From positions 2,240,001 through 2,304,000 of the forward strand of contig OZ240219.1 of assembly GCA_965197645.1 (NCBI GenBank): DNA of 64,000 nucleotides. The letters are read 5' to 3'. This document shows, piece by piece, positions 10,390-20,481 of this stretch. The DNA comes from Dehalococcoidia bacterium. GTDB lineage: Bacteria > Chloroflexota > Dehalococcoidia > Plut-88900. Within the stretch, counting starts at the first letter, position 1. Each line of letters opens with the position of its first letter. The notes under the pieces are model-generated. The model worked only from the letters and a program-made list of their open reading frames with translations, did no database searches and was not told where the DNA came from. The translations under genes were made by a program, and so were the position numbers.

Positions 10390-11550
10390 ATGAAGAACGG
10401 CTTCAAGGTGCTGGACAGCGATATACACGTTACCGAGCCCGATACTCTGTGGGCCGACTACATGGAGGCCGACTTCAAGGACAGCGCTCCGGTCAGAGTG
10501 GTTGACGAAGGCTCTTGGTCGGCAGGCATGTGGAGATCGGATGGAAAGCTTCTGCCGGCCTACATGGACGTAGCGGAACGCAGCAGGACCATGCGGGTGC
10601 GGGAGGAGATCTCCGCGGAGCGGTACGTCCAGTCCGGTCGGCAATTGGTCAGTGGCGCCGAGTCCGATCAGGATGAGGGGACCCGTCCCGAGCACATGCT
10701 GGAGGCCATGGGGGTGGAGGGGGTAGACGTAGCGGTGGTCTTCCGTACCATGGGCGCCCACGTCATCGGGATCGACGAGATGGACCCCAACCTTTCAGCC
10801 GCCATCTGTCGGGGCTACAACGACTGGCTCTACGATTTCTGCGCCGCGCAGCCATCCGCTCTGAAGGTAGGCGCCCTCATGCCGATGCAGGACGTGGACC
10901 TGGCTGTCCACGAGGCCAACAGGGCCGTTGACAAGCTGGGGGCGGTCACCTTGATACTGCCCAGCAATCCGGTTTGCGAGCGGCCCTGGTACTCGGAATA
11001 CTACCACCCCTTCTGGGCCGCAGCTGAGAGCCTGGGAGTCCCCGTCTCCTTTCACGGCATCCAGATGGCCTATCAGGACCATCTGGCCCGAAGGTACATG
11101 GACAATCACGTCCTTGGACACTCGGTGGCGCACCCGGTCGAGATGATCTGCACCGCCGGCGCCATGGTGAGCGGAGGCATATTCGAGCGGTTCCCCACCC
11201 TCAAGACCGCCTTCCTGGAGGGCCACTCCAGCTGGGTCCCCTGGTGGCTCTACTGCCTGGACGAGCACGAGGAGAAGATGGGCGACAAGGAGCGGTTCGG
11301 GCTGGTCCTCTCACCCAGTGAGTACTTTCTGCGCCAGTGCTTCGTCTCGGTAGACCCTGACGAGGCCCTCGTCAAGTACACCATCGATGCCATCGGCGAC
11401 GACAACCTGGTCATCTCCACCGACTGGCCCCACGACGACTCCGCCTATCCCAACGCCATCGATACCTTCCTGGGCTTGGAGGGAGTATCACAGGCCAGCC
11501 AGCAGAAGGTGCTCTGGGACAACTGCGCCAGGCTTTACGATATCGACTAG
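10390..11550 (+). CDS. Amidohydrolase_2 family protein
   Basis: DSDIHVTEP, FHG, FLEG, STDWPH, NCARLY. Confidence 0.9.
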   Translation: MKNGFKVLDSDIHVTEPDTLWADYMEADFKDSAPVRVVDEGSWSAGMWRSDGKLLPAYMDVAERSRTMRVREEISAERYVQSGRQLVSGAESDQDEGTRPEHMLEAMGVEGVDVAVVFRTMGAHVIGIDEMDPNLSAAICRGYNDWLYDFCAAQPSALKVGALMPMQDVDLAVHEANRAVDKLGAVTLILPSNPVCERPWYSEYYHPFWAAAESLGVPVSFHGIQMAYQDHLARRYMDNHVLGHSVAHPVEMICTAGAMVSGGIFERFPTLKTAFLEGHSSWVPWWLYCLDEHEEKMGDKERFGLVLSPSEYFLRQCFVSVDPDEALVKYTIDAIGDDNLVISTDWPHDDSAYPNAIDTFLGLEGVSQASQQKVLWDNCARLYDID

Positions 11551-11576
11551 GCGTCCCTGCGGAAAGTTAACATAAC

Positions 11577-13241
11577 TTACGCCCGGTCTTTGATGAGGGC
11601 GGTCACGGGCCCACCGGCGTCTCCGTACATCACCATGCTCTTGCCCGCCGGGCCGCCCACCACGACCACGTCGTAGAAGCTGGAGTTCTCTACGACGCGT
11701 AGATAGACATCCTCCAGCTCCGAGTCGGACCTTTCCAACAGCCACCGCCACTCGGGACGGAACACCTCTGGGGTCTTGCGGCCCCAGCTCAATGCCAGTC
11801 GAGCGTTGACCTTCGAGTAATGGTGGACGTACTCCCGGACCGATCGCTTGGTCCAGCCGGCCTGCCCGCAGATGTTGGCGTGCTCAGGACACATGGCCAA
11901 GAGAAGCCGGTCGGTGGCCTCTTCGACGTCGAAGTAGTTGATCACGTACCTGGCGGCGTGGTTGGAGCAGGTAACGGCGAAGCTGTCGAGCACCCTTTCC
12001 GGCTCCCAGTTGGTCAGGTCGTCCACGTCCTCCTCGCCCAGGGTGTCGAAGAGAGTGACGGTGCTCTGGTCGTTATCGTATCCCCGGTCCACGTGATATC
12101 CGTTCCAGGGACTTTCCTCATCGTTTTCTGCGAAGCAGAGGCTGAACTTCCTGGACGAACCGATGGTGTCCATGTCCATCCGGCCCGGATAGGCGTTGCC
12201 GACGTTCATCAGTACCAGCCGGAACGCTCTGCCCAGGACCACGTTGTGGCGGGAAGGGGCGCCAGGGCCCATGGCGCACCGGCCCGAGTTCATGCCGATC
12301 TCCCTGGCTATGGGACCGTTCACCATCATCAACGGTGCGTTGGCGCTGGTAGACATCGTCAGCGCTCTGGCCGGCGTGCCGAACCGGGGTAGTGCTTCAC
12401 AGGCCGCCATCAGCACCGGCAGGTGGATGGGCTCGCAGCCCGCCATCACGGCGTTGATGGCTATCTTCTCGACCGTGGCGTATCTCATGCCTGGCGGCAG
12501 AATCGAGACCACGTCCTGGGGGTCCCTGGTAGTGCCTCCCAGCATCGCGTTCACCTTCTCGGGGGTGGGCGGAATGATGGGAAAACCGTCGCCCCACTCC
12601 TTCTCGATGAAGAGCCTGTTCAGGGACTCGAAGGCATCGTACCTGTCTTCTCCATGAACGGTCAGAGACTCGGCGGCATGCGCATCGGCGATGGCAGCGC
12701 CATTGGCCCCGTTGATATCGGTTGTCAGGACCTCGACTATCTGGTCGAAGGAGTTGGTCACGTGTTCCTCGATGCGCTCGGGACTGAGGCCGGTCAGCAC
12801 CTCGGGGACCAGGGCATAGCGGAACTGGGGGAACCCGAAGGCCCGGGCGCTGACCATAGCGTCCCGCGCAAAACCCTCGGAGACGATGCTGACGGTGGGC
12901 TTGCCGGCCTTCTCCACCTGGACCATGTCGTGGACAAGCCACGACGTGCAGGAGCCTCAGTCCCCGGTTGAGCCGACGATCACGTCGCTCTCGGCTATGG
13001 CCTGCTTGAGAAGGTCCTCCCGACAGGGCTGGCTGCCTTCGTACCGTCGCACTGTGACGCCGCTATACCGATTGGAGATCAGCTCCCCCGCTTTGTCCAG
13101 GGCCTCCAGACCTCCTCGCTTGGCGTTCCACACAAGCCCGACGTTCAGCCCGTCCAGAGAGTTGGGCCGATGCGCCGGATGGCTGATCTCGTGGTCTCCC
13201 TGGGCGTCCGCCACCGGATGCAGTATCTCCATGGTATACAT
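11577..13241 (-). CDS. UGSC-family selenoprotein fused to a ~350-aa companion domain (in-frame TGA at 12957-12959 read as Sec), ~554 aa
   Basis: ORFs 12957..13262 and 11577..12926 are in frame; the junction reads GSTGD-TGA-GSCTSWLVHD-MVQVEKAG; hairpin 11 nt after the TGA; G-rich SD before the ATG at 13241. Confidence 0.88.
12927..12945 (-). promoter_or_regulatory. Candidate bacterial SECIS hairpin
   Basis: GTCGTGG-CTTGT-CCACGAC, a perfect 7-bp stem starting 11 nt 3' of the in-frame TGA and extendable by CA/TG pairs. Confidence 0.7.
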
Positions 13242-13277
13242 GATTCCCCCTCCCCGATTCATGAGAAAGTTACGAGA

Positions 13278-13306
13278 AGTGTAGCGAAATGCACCCGGCA
13301 GGGCAA
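13278..13306 (-). promoter_or_regulatory. Sigma70-like promoter for the selenoprotein gene
   Basis: TTGCCC-N17-TACACT on the minus strand. Confidence 0.55.
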
Positions 13307-13444
13307 CGACGAGCCCGCCAGGCCCCTTGGGCGAGAGCCGCGTCGGTGGAACACACCCGTGGGGATATCCACGCGTCTATCGATGCCTTCTAGGAGTCGC
13401 TCGAAGGGGTGCGACGGAGAGGCCGGCCGTTGTGGGGAAGGAGC

Positions 13445-14200
13445 TTAGGGAACGTCCATCTTGCGCAGCCGCCGCACCGACAGAAGGAAGAACACCAACG
13501 TGACCGCTATGGCGCCTGCCATCGCTGCGGGGAACTCGATCACACGGCTTTCCAGGCTTCCGAAGTTGACGTCGTCTATGCCGTGCATGATCCCTAGGAC
13601 GTAGCCCCGAACGCTCAGGTATCTAACTCCCCCTAGGAAGCTGCTTATCAGCCCTTCCCATAGGAAGACATAGACCAGTCCGAAAGCCAGTGCGCGGGTG
13701 GTGACCAGGCCCGTCCACGTGAAGATGGCAGCATAGGTGACGACGCCGGCCAGCAGGGCCACGCCGACCGCCAATACGGCCCTGACACCGTTGTCCAGCT
13801 CCAACAGGGCCACTCCCAGCGCGCTGGTGCCTATAATCATTGTCGCTATGCCGCTGGCCACTAGAATCGGTCCGGATATCGAGATGGGCGCCAGCAGTTT
13901 TGGCAGTACGATGCGCGATCGGGCCACCGGCTTCAACACCAGGTAGCTCAAGGTCCGGTCCTCCAATTCGTTGCCGAAGGTTGCCGACGCCAGCACCATG
14001 GTCACTATGGGCAGTATCCCCCCGATCAACAGGCCATCGAGCATACTGTTGGTGAAGTCCCTGTTAGACGGATCGTCTTGGCCCACTGTGAAGGAGATCA
14101 GGGCGGCCAGGCCTACAGGGACCAGGGCCAGAAGGGATATAAGCAGAAGCCGTCGTCCACTTGCCAGCTGGCGCAGGGAGAGGCGGAACGTCGGTCCCAT
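13445..14200 (-). CDS. ABC-2 type exporter permease
   Basis: ~6 TM helices, 'ELEDRTLSYLVLKPVAR' motif; last gene of a 4-gene operon. Confidence 0.85.
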   Translation of the reverse strand: MGPTFRLSLRQLASGRRLLLISLLALVPVGLAALISFTVGQDDPSNRDFTNSMLDGLLIGGILPIVTMVLASATFGNELEDRTLSYLVLKPVARSRIVLPKLLAPISISGPILVASGIATMIIGTSALGVALLELDNGVRAVLAVGVALLAGVVTYAAIFTWTGLVTTRALAFGLVYVFLWEGLISSFLGGVRYLSVRGYVLGIMHGIDDVNFGSLESRVIEFPAAMAGAIAVTLVFFLLSVRRLRKMDVP

Positions 14201-15130
14201 CTATCCTTCCACCAGGTAGCTGAACACGCTCTCCAACGATTCGTCCAGCGGCTCTACCCGCATCAGGCGTATCCCCATCTCTTTCGCCAGTTTGGGAATC
14301 GACCTCTGCAGGACCAGGATCTTGCGACTCAGGACCATAATCGACTCATCGGAGCCCACCGCAACCGAGTCCACGTCAGGCAGTTTGACCACAGCCGCCG
14401 CCATAGACCTGGGGTCATCGGTGACTATGCGCACCTTGTACGGTTGTTGGTCCAGCTTGGATCGGATGGCGTGGTAGTCTCCCGCCGCGGCCAGCTTGCC
14501 GGTAACCATCAGCAGAATGCTGTCGGCCAGGGTCTCTATCTCCTCCAAGATGTGGGAAGAGATCAGTATGGTCCGCCCTTCGTTGCCCAGTTGGCGCATC
14601 AGGTCCTGAAACTCGATGCGCTGGCGAGGGTCCGTGCCGTTTAGGGGTTCGTCCAGAATCAGGACTTCGGGATCGTGGACCAGGGTCGCGGCCAGCCGTA
14701 TCCGCTGCCGCATGCCTCGTGAGTAGGTTGAAATAGGCCTGTTCTGAGCGTCCTGAAGCCCCACTATTTTGATCGCCCGATCCACCGCCGGCGACAGAGG
14801 GTCAAGACCGTAAAGCCGGCCTGTGTGCGCTACAAACTCCCGGCCCGTGAAGAACTCGTAGGCCGCCTCGTGCTCCGACATTACGCCTACTCGCCGGTAC
14901 AGGTCCGGGTTGTCCCGCACAGGCTCTCCCAGCACCTTCACCTCTCCCTCCGATGGGTGGGCCAGACCCGTGATCACGTGTAGAAGGGTGGTCTTTCCCG
15001 CGCCGTTGGGGCCCAGCAGTCCCGTAACGCCCGGCCCCACCCGGGCCGACACGCTGTTGACGGCAACCACGTTGCCAAACCACTTCGAGACGCCCTGAAT
15101 GTCAATGGTCGGTTCGGTACGGATGGTCAT
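14201..15130 (-). CDS. ABC transporter ATP-binding protein
   Basis: GPNGAGKT, YSRGMRQR, LDEP; start may instead be the TTG at 15145 that overlaps the upstream stop. Confidence 0.9.
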   Translation of the reverse strand: MTIRTEPTIDIQGVSKWFGNVVAVNSVSARVGPGVTGLLGPNGAGKTTLLHVITGLAHPSEGEVKVLGEPVRDNPDLYRRVGVMSEHEAAYEFFTGREFVAHTGRLYGLDPLSPAVDRAIKIVGLQDAQNRPISTYSRGMRQRIRLAATLVHDPEVLILDEPLNGTDPRQRIEFQDLMRQLGNEGRTILISSHILEEIETLADSILLMVTGKLAAAGDYHAIRSKLDQQPYKVRIVTDDPRSMAAAVVKLPDVDSVAVGSDESIMVLSRKILVLQRSIPKLAKEMGIRLMRVEPLDESLESVFSYLVEG

Positions 15131-15141
15131 TTCGGGGGACG

Positions 15142-16077
15142 TCAAGCCAGAATCCTCCTGTAGCGCCACCACAGCACCAGGGCGGGGCCGACGGTGAGCA
15201 GGGCGTACCACCCGATCCGGATGCCGGCGTTCAACTCTCTACCGAGCGTTACCGTGGGCGGCTCGTTGCTCTCTTCGAAGATCAGGCTGTTGACCTGAGC
15301 CGGGACCTGGGCAAGGTCTATCAACGCGAACCACTTGGAGAACTCGCCAGCCGGCCCTTCACACTCCACCGTGGTCCCGGCTGAGGTGGTACGTTCAATT
15401 TCGACGCAATCCGTGAACGCTCCGGCGATCGGGACCGAAATGATGAACAGCGCTATGACGAAGGCGGCGGCATATGCCCTGCGAGTGGTGAAAGCGGACA
15501 CCGCCAGCGGTACCGTGGTAATGAAGGCGGTCACCAGAACTCCAGCCCCCAGAAAGCGGGGGATGTCCAGCCAGTTGTCTTGAAAATGCTGCAGCGGGTC
15601 TTCGGCGGCCAGGACCAGGCCGACCAGCAACACTATCTGGCCTATGTACACCAGCGCCAGGACGGCGCAGAAGAAGGCCAGCCACCTGCTGGCGACGTAA
15701 TCGGTGATAGTGAGCGGCCGCACGAGGTACAGGTTGATCACCCGGTCCCTTCTATCGGCGCACAACAGCTCGGGCGCTATGATCGCGGCGAACAGGATCA
15801 GCACCACCGATACCATGTTGTAGTATCCAGCGTGCCCCAGCAGGTCCTGTTCATCCGTACCGGCCAGAGACGCGATGATGCTCAAGACTACGGCTGGAGT
15901 TATAACTGCGATGAGCAGAAGTACCGGCATGACCTTGGAGGGCCATCCCCGGCCCAGACCCAGGGCCATGCGAATGCCGCTTATCCAGATAGCCTTCCGG
16001 GCCTCCATGCGGCCCGCCCGCGGCCCCGAGTAGCTCTGGTACCCGAGGTCGAATACCTCTCCCTGGTAATCGTTCAT
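15142..16077 (-). CDS. ABC-2 type exporter permease
   Basis: Several TM helices, 'DRRDRVINLYLVRPL'; ATGA-type overlap with the upstream ATPase. Confidence 0.85.
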   Translation of the reverse strand: MNDYQGEVFDLGYQSYSGPRAGRMEARKAIWISGIRMALGLGRGWPSKVMPVLLLIAVITPAVVLSIIASLAGTDEQDLLGHAGYYNMVSVVLILFAAIIAPELLCADRRDRVINLYLVRPLTITDYVASRWLAFFCAVLALVYIGQIVLLVGLVLAAEDPLQHFQDNWLDIPRFLGAGVLVTAFITTVPLAVSAFTTRRAYAAAFVIALFIISVPIAGAFTDCVEIERTTSAGTTVECEGPAGEFSKWFALIDLAQVPAQVNSLIFEESNEPPTVTLGRELNAGIRIGWYALLTVGPALVLWWRYRRILA

Positions 16078-17000
16078 GGGGTGGTCTTCCGGAAGATGTC
16101 CGTCAGCACGTGACGGCCGGGGGCCATCCTGCGCAGTGGCGCGTCTGCTTCTACCAATGCGTCTCGAATCGCATCGTACTGTTCGCCCTCTTCCCAGGTC
16201 ACCATCAGCGATGACCCTTCCAAGGTCGCTTCGATGCCCCGTTTAGCCAGCTCTTCCACCAGCTTGTCCCGGTTCTCGGTGACGTCTATGAAAAGGGTCT
16301 GCGTCTCCTGGGTAAAGCCGGAGACCGCCCCCTCCTCCATGACGTGGCCCCCCTCCAAGACTACGATCCGTTCGCAGACGCTCTCGACGTCTCCCATCAG
16401 ATGAGATGAGAGAAGGATGCTGATCCCGAAATCTCTGCCGATCCGGTAAATCAACGCCAGCATCTCCTCTCGTCCTCCGGGATCGAGGCCGGCGGTCGGT
16501 TCGTCCAGCAGTACCAGGACGGGATCGTGGACCAGGGCTTGGGCTAGCTTGACCCGTTGCTTCATGCCGGTGGAGTACTCGCCGATAGAACGATAGCGCT
16601 CTTCGGCGAGGCCCACGTGCCGCAGGATGTCGGCCGCTCGAGTTCGTGCATTTTTGGCCGGCAGCCCGCTCACCTGGGCCATGTGGGTGAGGAACTCTGA
16701 GGATGTCACCGACGTGGGCAGGCAGTCGTGCTCCGGCATGTAGCCCAGCCTCTCCCTGCTCTCCACCAGCTCGTAGGGCTTTTGTCCCATCACTTCGACC
16801 GAGCCGGCCGTCGGCTCCAGCAGTCCCAGGAAGAGTTTGATCGCCGTGCTCTTGCCCGCCCCGTTGGGGCCCAGCAGGCCCGTGGTCCCATCATCGACCT
16901 GAAAATCTACCGATTCCAGGGCGATGGTGGCGCCGTAGCGTTTGGTCAACTCTTTTGCTTGCAGTAGAGGCGGCATCGTCCGAGTATCCACTCCCTTCAC
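16074..17000 (-). CDS. ABC transporter ATP-binding protein
   Basis: GPNGAGKS, YSTGMKQR, LDEPT; start may be the ATG at 16976. Confidence 0.9.
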   Translation of the reverse strand: MKGVDTRTMPPLLQAKELTKRYGATIALESVDFQVDDGTTGLLGPNGAGKSTAIKLFLGLLEPTAGSVEVMGQKPYELVESRERLGYMPEHDCLPTSVTSSEFLTHMAQVSGLPAKNARTRAADILRHVGLAEERYRSIGEYSTGMKQRVKLAQALVHDPVLVLLDEPTAGLDPGGREEMLALIYRIGRDFGISILLSSHLMGDVESVCERIVVLEGGHVMEEGAVSGFTQETQTLFIDVTENRDKLVEELAKRGIEATLEGSSLMVTWEEGEQYDAIRDALVEADAPLRRMAPGRHVLTDIFRKTTP

Positions 17001-17051
17001 TGAGCTATGCGTACTATAACACCTGAGAGGCCGGAACTGGATGGGAAGCTC

Positions 17052-17245
17052 TAACAGGGTGTCGAAAAACCCTTTCGACCATCCCCCTAGCCCCCTTCCT
17101 GGCTAGGAAGGGGGAACAAAAGAAGTTTCTGAGGGACACCCCTTCGGCTGGCTCAGGGCAGGCTCTCAGACTCCCGGCCCCCAGCAGGCAGTCACAGAAA
17201 AAGTGCTTCGCCCCTCTGTACACACCATGGTCCATCAGTCTGTTG
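17052..17245. mobile_element. MITE-like composite repeat, copy 1
   Basis: Aligns by eye with the reverse complement of 55539-55710; internal palindrome CCCCCTTCCTGGCTAGGAAGGGGG; imperfect terminal inverted repeats. Confidence 0.75.
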
Positions 17246-17258
17246 GACGGACGAGGGC

Positions 17259-18848
17259 TTACGGGTCTATGAGGACGCCGGGGTTCATCACCCCGTTGGG
17301 GTCCACAGCCTTCTTGGCCGCTCTCAACGCTTGGGCGAAAGGTTCCGGGCGCTGGATGTCGTACCAAGGCCGATGTTGCCTACCGACGGCGTGGTGATGG
17401 GTGATGGTGCCTCCCGCCTTCATGATAGCGTCGGATGCGGCCTTCTTCACCGCGTCGGCGTGCTCGTTGTCCAGGCCGGGCAGCGCTCCGCTGAAGGTGT
17501 AGTAGGGTGCCGGTCCGTCCACGTAAACGTGGGTGAACCTGCAGTTCAACGTGCCTCCACCGCACACATCGTCCAGTGCCTTCTGCAACGCCTCCCGGAC
17601 ATGGTAATCGAAGTCGGGCCACCGGTCCCAGGTTATCGATGTCTCGACGGTATCCTGGACCAGGCCCAGTCCGGCGGAGAGGTCTCCGCCCTGGGGAATG
17701 AATGCGTTGCGCCAGGCCCCCACCGCCCCCGAGCGACCCGTCGGTTGACCCTGCCCCGAGTACAGTACCTCATCGTCGTCGATCATTCCTCCGACGCCCC
17801 GCGCTATCTCGATGGCCGATTGCATGGGCCATTCCTGGGGCAGCTCCGCCGATTCAAACCCGATGATCAGCAGCGCCTCTTTTCCGTCCATGTCGGCGGT
17901 CTCCTGGCACAGCACCGGGTCCAACAGGCGCAGGTTGGCCGGCCACAGCTTGGCTTGGACTATCTGCCTGGTGGCCTCGTACCCCGCCTCCCAGGATGGG
18001 AATCTGACCCCGGCCGTGGCTCGGTGCACCGGGCGGGCCTGGATGCGCATCCAGGCCTCGGTTATGACGCCCAGGATTCCCTCGCTGCCGATTACCATCC
18101 GGTCCGGGCTGGGGCCGGCGCCGCTGCCCGGCAATCGCCTGGACTCCCACCATCCGGTAGGCGTCAGCATCCTCACCGACTCCACGAAATCGTCTATGTG
18201 GGTGTCCTTGGTGGCGTAGTGGCCGCCGGAGCGGGTGGCTATCCAGCCGCCGAGGGTAGATCCGGTGAAGCTTTGAGGGAAGTGTCGAAGGGTGTGCCCG
18301 CTGGGTTTCAGCTGGGCCTCCAGGGCCGGGCCGAAGGCGCCGGCCTGAATTCGGGCAGCGCGAGATATCTCGTCGATCTCCAGCACCTGGTCGAACGCGT
18401 CCATATCGATGGTGACTGCCGCTTCACACCCGTCAGGCGGGGTAAACCCTTCCACCGATGAGGATCCGCCTCCGTAGGGGATGGTCACATAGCCGTTGCC
18501 GGACGTCCAATCGAGCAGCCTTTCCAGCTCCTCTTCGTTGGTGGGGTGTGCGACTATGTCCGGCGGATTGGGGAACTCGCCCCTGAAGGCCATCAGGTGG
18601 TTATTGTGGGCGTGAAGCGCCCGCTCGTAATCGTCGGTGAAGCAGATATCGGCCAGAGAATCGGGCGGCTTGATCCTGGGAGGTTGGAGACCTAGAGAAT
18701 CGACGTCCGGTTTCGCTGGGACTTCAACGCTCCGTCCTATGCGCCTTGAGAGCTTTTCGGCGAACCCGTTCCGCTGCTCCTCCGTCGGTTCTTCGGACTC
18801 CAGGCCGAACATCCACAGGCTACGTCGAGGCTTGCTGGTGACTACCAT
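17259..18848 (-). CDS. FAD-binding oxidoreductase (VAO/PCMH family, alkyl-DHAP synthase-like)
   Basis: PYGGGSS, HFPQSF, STLGGW, GSEGILGVIT, GGTITHHHAVG, DPNGVMNPG. Confidence 0.88.
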   Translation of the reverse strand: MVVTSKPRRSLWMFGLESEEPTEEQRNGFAEKLSRRIGRSVEVPAKPDVDSLGLQPPRIKPPDSLADICFTDDYERALHAHNNHLMAFRGEFPNPPDIVAHPTNEEELERLLDWTSGNGYVTIPYGGGSSSVEGFTPPDGCEAAVTIDMDAFDQVLEIDEISRAARIQAGAFGPALEAQLKPSGHTLRHFPQSFTGSTLGGWIATRSGGHYATKDTHIDDFVESVRMLTPTGWWESRRLPGSGAGPSPDRMVIGSEGILGVITEAWMRIQARPVHRATAGVRFPSWEAGYEATRQIVQAKLWPANLRLLDPVLCQETADMDGKEALLIIGFESAELPQEWPMQSAIEIARGVGGMIDDDEVLYSGQGQPTGRSGAVGAWRNAFIPQGGDLSAGLGLVQDTVETSITWDRWPDFDYHVREALQKALDDVCGGGTLNCRFTHVYVDGPAPYYTFSGALPGLDNEHADAVKKAASDAIMKAGGTITHHHAVGRQHRPWYDIQRPEPFAQALRAAKKAVDPNGVMNPGVLIDP

Positions 18849-18878
18849 GATATCCCTTTACCTCTCAGGGGCATGCCT

Positions 18879-20474
18879 TTACCTCTCTGGCGCCGGTTCG
18901 TATTTTCTCCCCAGCTCCTCCTCCCACCTCAGGTAGTTGATCGCTTCCGCGAAGTTGCGCTCCGATCCGAAGGCGACCATATCGTCCGGAGGGCTCATAA
19001 CACCTGTTAGCCCCTTCTCGACAGATAGCCCTTCCCCGAGCCACCGTTTCATTCCCCCATTCATGACCATAACGTTGCTATACCCCAGCTCCTTGAGGGT
19101 TGCTGCAGCCAGCACTGAGTTTCTTCCATCGCTGCAGGTGACCACCAACTCCGATGACTTGTCGACGCCCAGGTCGCCGATCCACAGCTCCAACCACCCC
19201 CGGGGCATCCACCTGGCCCCGGCCACGTGTCCCTCCGCGTACTCCTGGCTGGTGCCCACGAACAGTACGCTGGGCGGGCTGGACGATAGGAGCCTGTCCT
19301 GCAGTTCGTGAGCGTCGATGCTCTTTACTTTGTCCATCTCCTCATCCAGCCCGAACGGTTCATGCGGTGCCATTCCAGACTGCAACTGAAGTCCTGCGTC
19401 TCTCCAGGCGGATGTCCCACCCTCCACGCAGTAGACCTTCGGGTATCCCATCTGCCGGAACCAGGATGCCGTAACGAAGGACCTGATGCTGCCGTCACAG
19501 CAGAACACGATGTTACCGTTCTTCACCGCTACCACGTCGTCGCTCTGCTGAACAGCCTGCCCACCCGGGTACCAGCGGAAGCCGGGAACGTAGCCATCGC
19601 GGAACTCTTCCACGGTGCGAACGTCGATAAGATAGACCGTCTCGTTGTTGCTCCTGCTCATCAAGTCCTGGAGCGCGTCTATGCCCAGGACCTGTACACC
19701 GTCCTCTGCCGCCGCCTTTCGGGCAAAGGCCTCCGCCTTGGATCTGGCTCCTTCGGAGACCTTGGGAGCTTCCGTGCGCTGCGATCCAACCTCCAGGTCC
19801 AATCCCGCCAGCGACCATCCCATCGTTCCGTTGCGGAGCCCCCTGGCGTTCTTGAACCCCATCCTCTGCAGCAGCCCGGTACCGATGATGCTGCGAGTCC
19901 TGCCTGCGCAGTGCACCACAACTGGCGTTTCGAGATCGTCTACGAGGTCCCAGATGTGCAATGCCAGCTCACCTCCCGGTAGGCTTCGGCTGCCCGGTAT
20001 GCAGTAGCTGGTGTGCTCCTGGGGCGTTCGGGTGTCGACGACCACCTCAACCTCGGCATTGGAGATTCTCTGCTCCAGCTCCTCGGCGTCGATCTCGGGA
20101 ACGCTGCGCTCCACCTGTATCCGCTCCCCGAAATCCTTGCTCAGGACGTTGGTGCCCCACTCGGTGGGGTACCCTTCGTAGGCCCAGCGATTTGCCCCGC
20201 CCGCCAGCACCGAGACACGGCCGTATCCCATCACTTCCAGCGTAGCGGCCGCCAGGTCTGCCCTGCGCCCGTCGTCATCGCATACCACCAGGTGCACACC
20301 CTTGTAGGGCGCCAGCTCCTCCGCTCGAAACTCCAGCAACCGGCGCGGCAGGGAGCTGAAACCGGGAATATGCGAGGTGTTGTACTCCCCGTACTCCCGC
20401 ACGTCTATCAGACCGAGCTCGGCCTCGGACTGCATCAGGCCGTTGAGCTCGCCTGCTGTAATGGACGTAGGCAT
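18879..20474 (-). CDS. Four-domain rhodanese / sulfurtransferase
   Basis: Four rhodanese repeats (DVRE..EY..HIPG; DTRT..HCAGRTRS; DVRT..CCDG; ..CSDG). Confidence 0.88.
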   Translation of the reverse strand: MPTSITAGELNGLMQSEAELGLIDVREYGEYNTSHIPGFSSLPRRLLEFRAEELAPYKGVHLVVCDDDGRRADLAAATLEVMGYGRVSVLAGGANRWAYEGYPTEWGTNVLSKDFGERIQVERSVPEIDAEELEQRISNAEVEVVVDTRTPQEHTSYCIPGSRSLPGGELALHIWDLVDDLETPVVVHCAGRTRSIIGTGLLQRMGFKNARGLRNGTMGWSLAGLDLEVGSQRTEAPKVSEGARSKAEAFARKAAAEDGVQVLGIDALQDLMSRSNNETVYLIDVRTVEEFRDGYVPGFRWYPGGQAVQQSDDVVAVKNGNIVFCCDGSIRSFVTASWFRQMGYPKVYCVEGGTSAWRDAGLQLQSGMAPHEPFGLDEEMDKVKSIDAHELQDRLLSSSPPSVLFVGTSQEYAEGHVAGARWMPRGWLELWIGDLGVDKSSELVVTCSDGRNSVLAAATLKELGYSNVMVMNGGMKRWLGEGLSVEKGLTGVMSPPDDMVAFGSERNFAEAINYLRWEEELGRKYEPAPER

Positions 20475-20481
20475 CGGGGGC

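Noticed and set aside
11577-13262. Two separate genes (101 aa and 449 aa), or a nonsense pseudogene
   Set aside because: The in-frame TGA sits in a UGSC motif with a downstream hairpin, and the ATG at 12926 has no SD; Sec read-through explains this better
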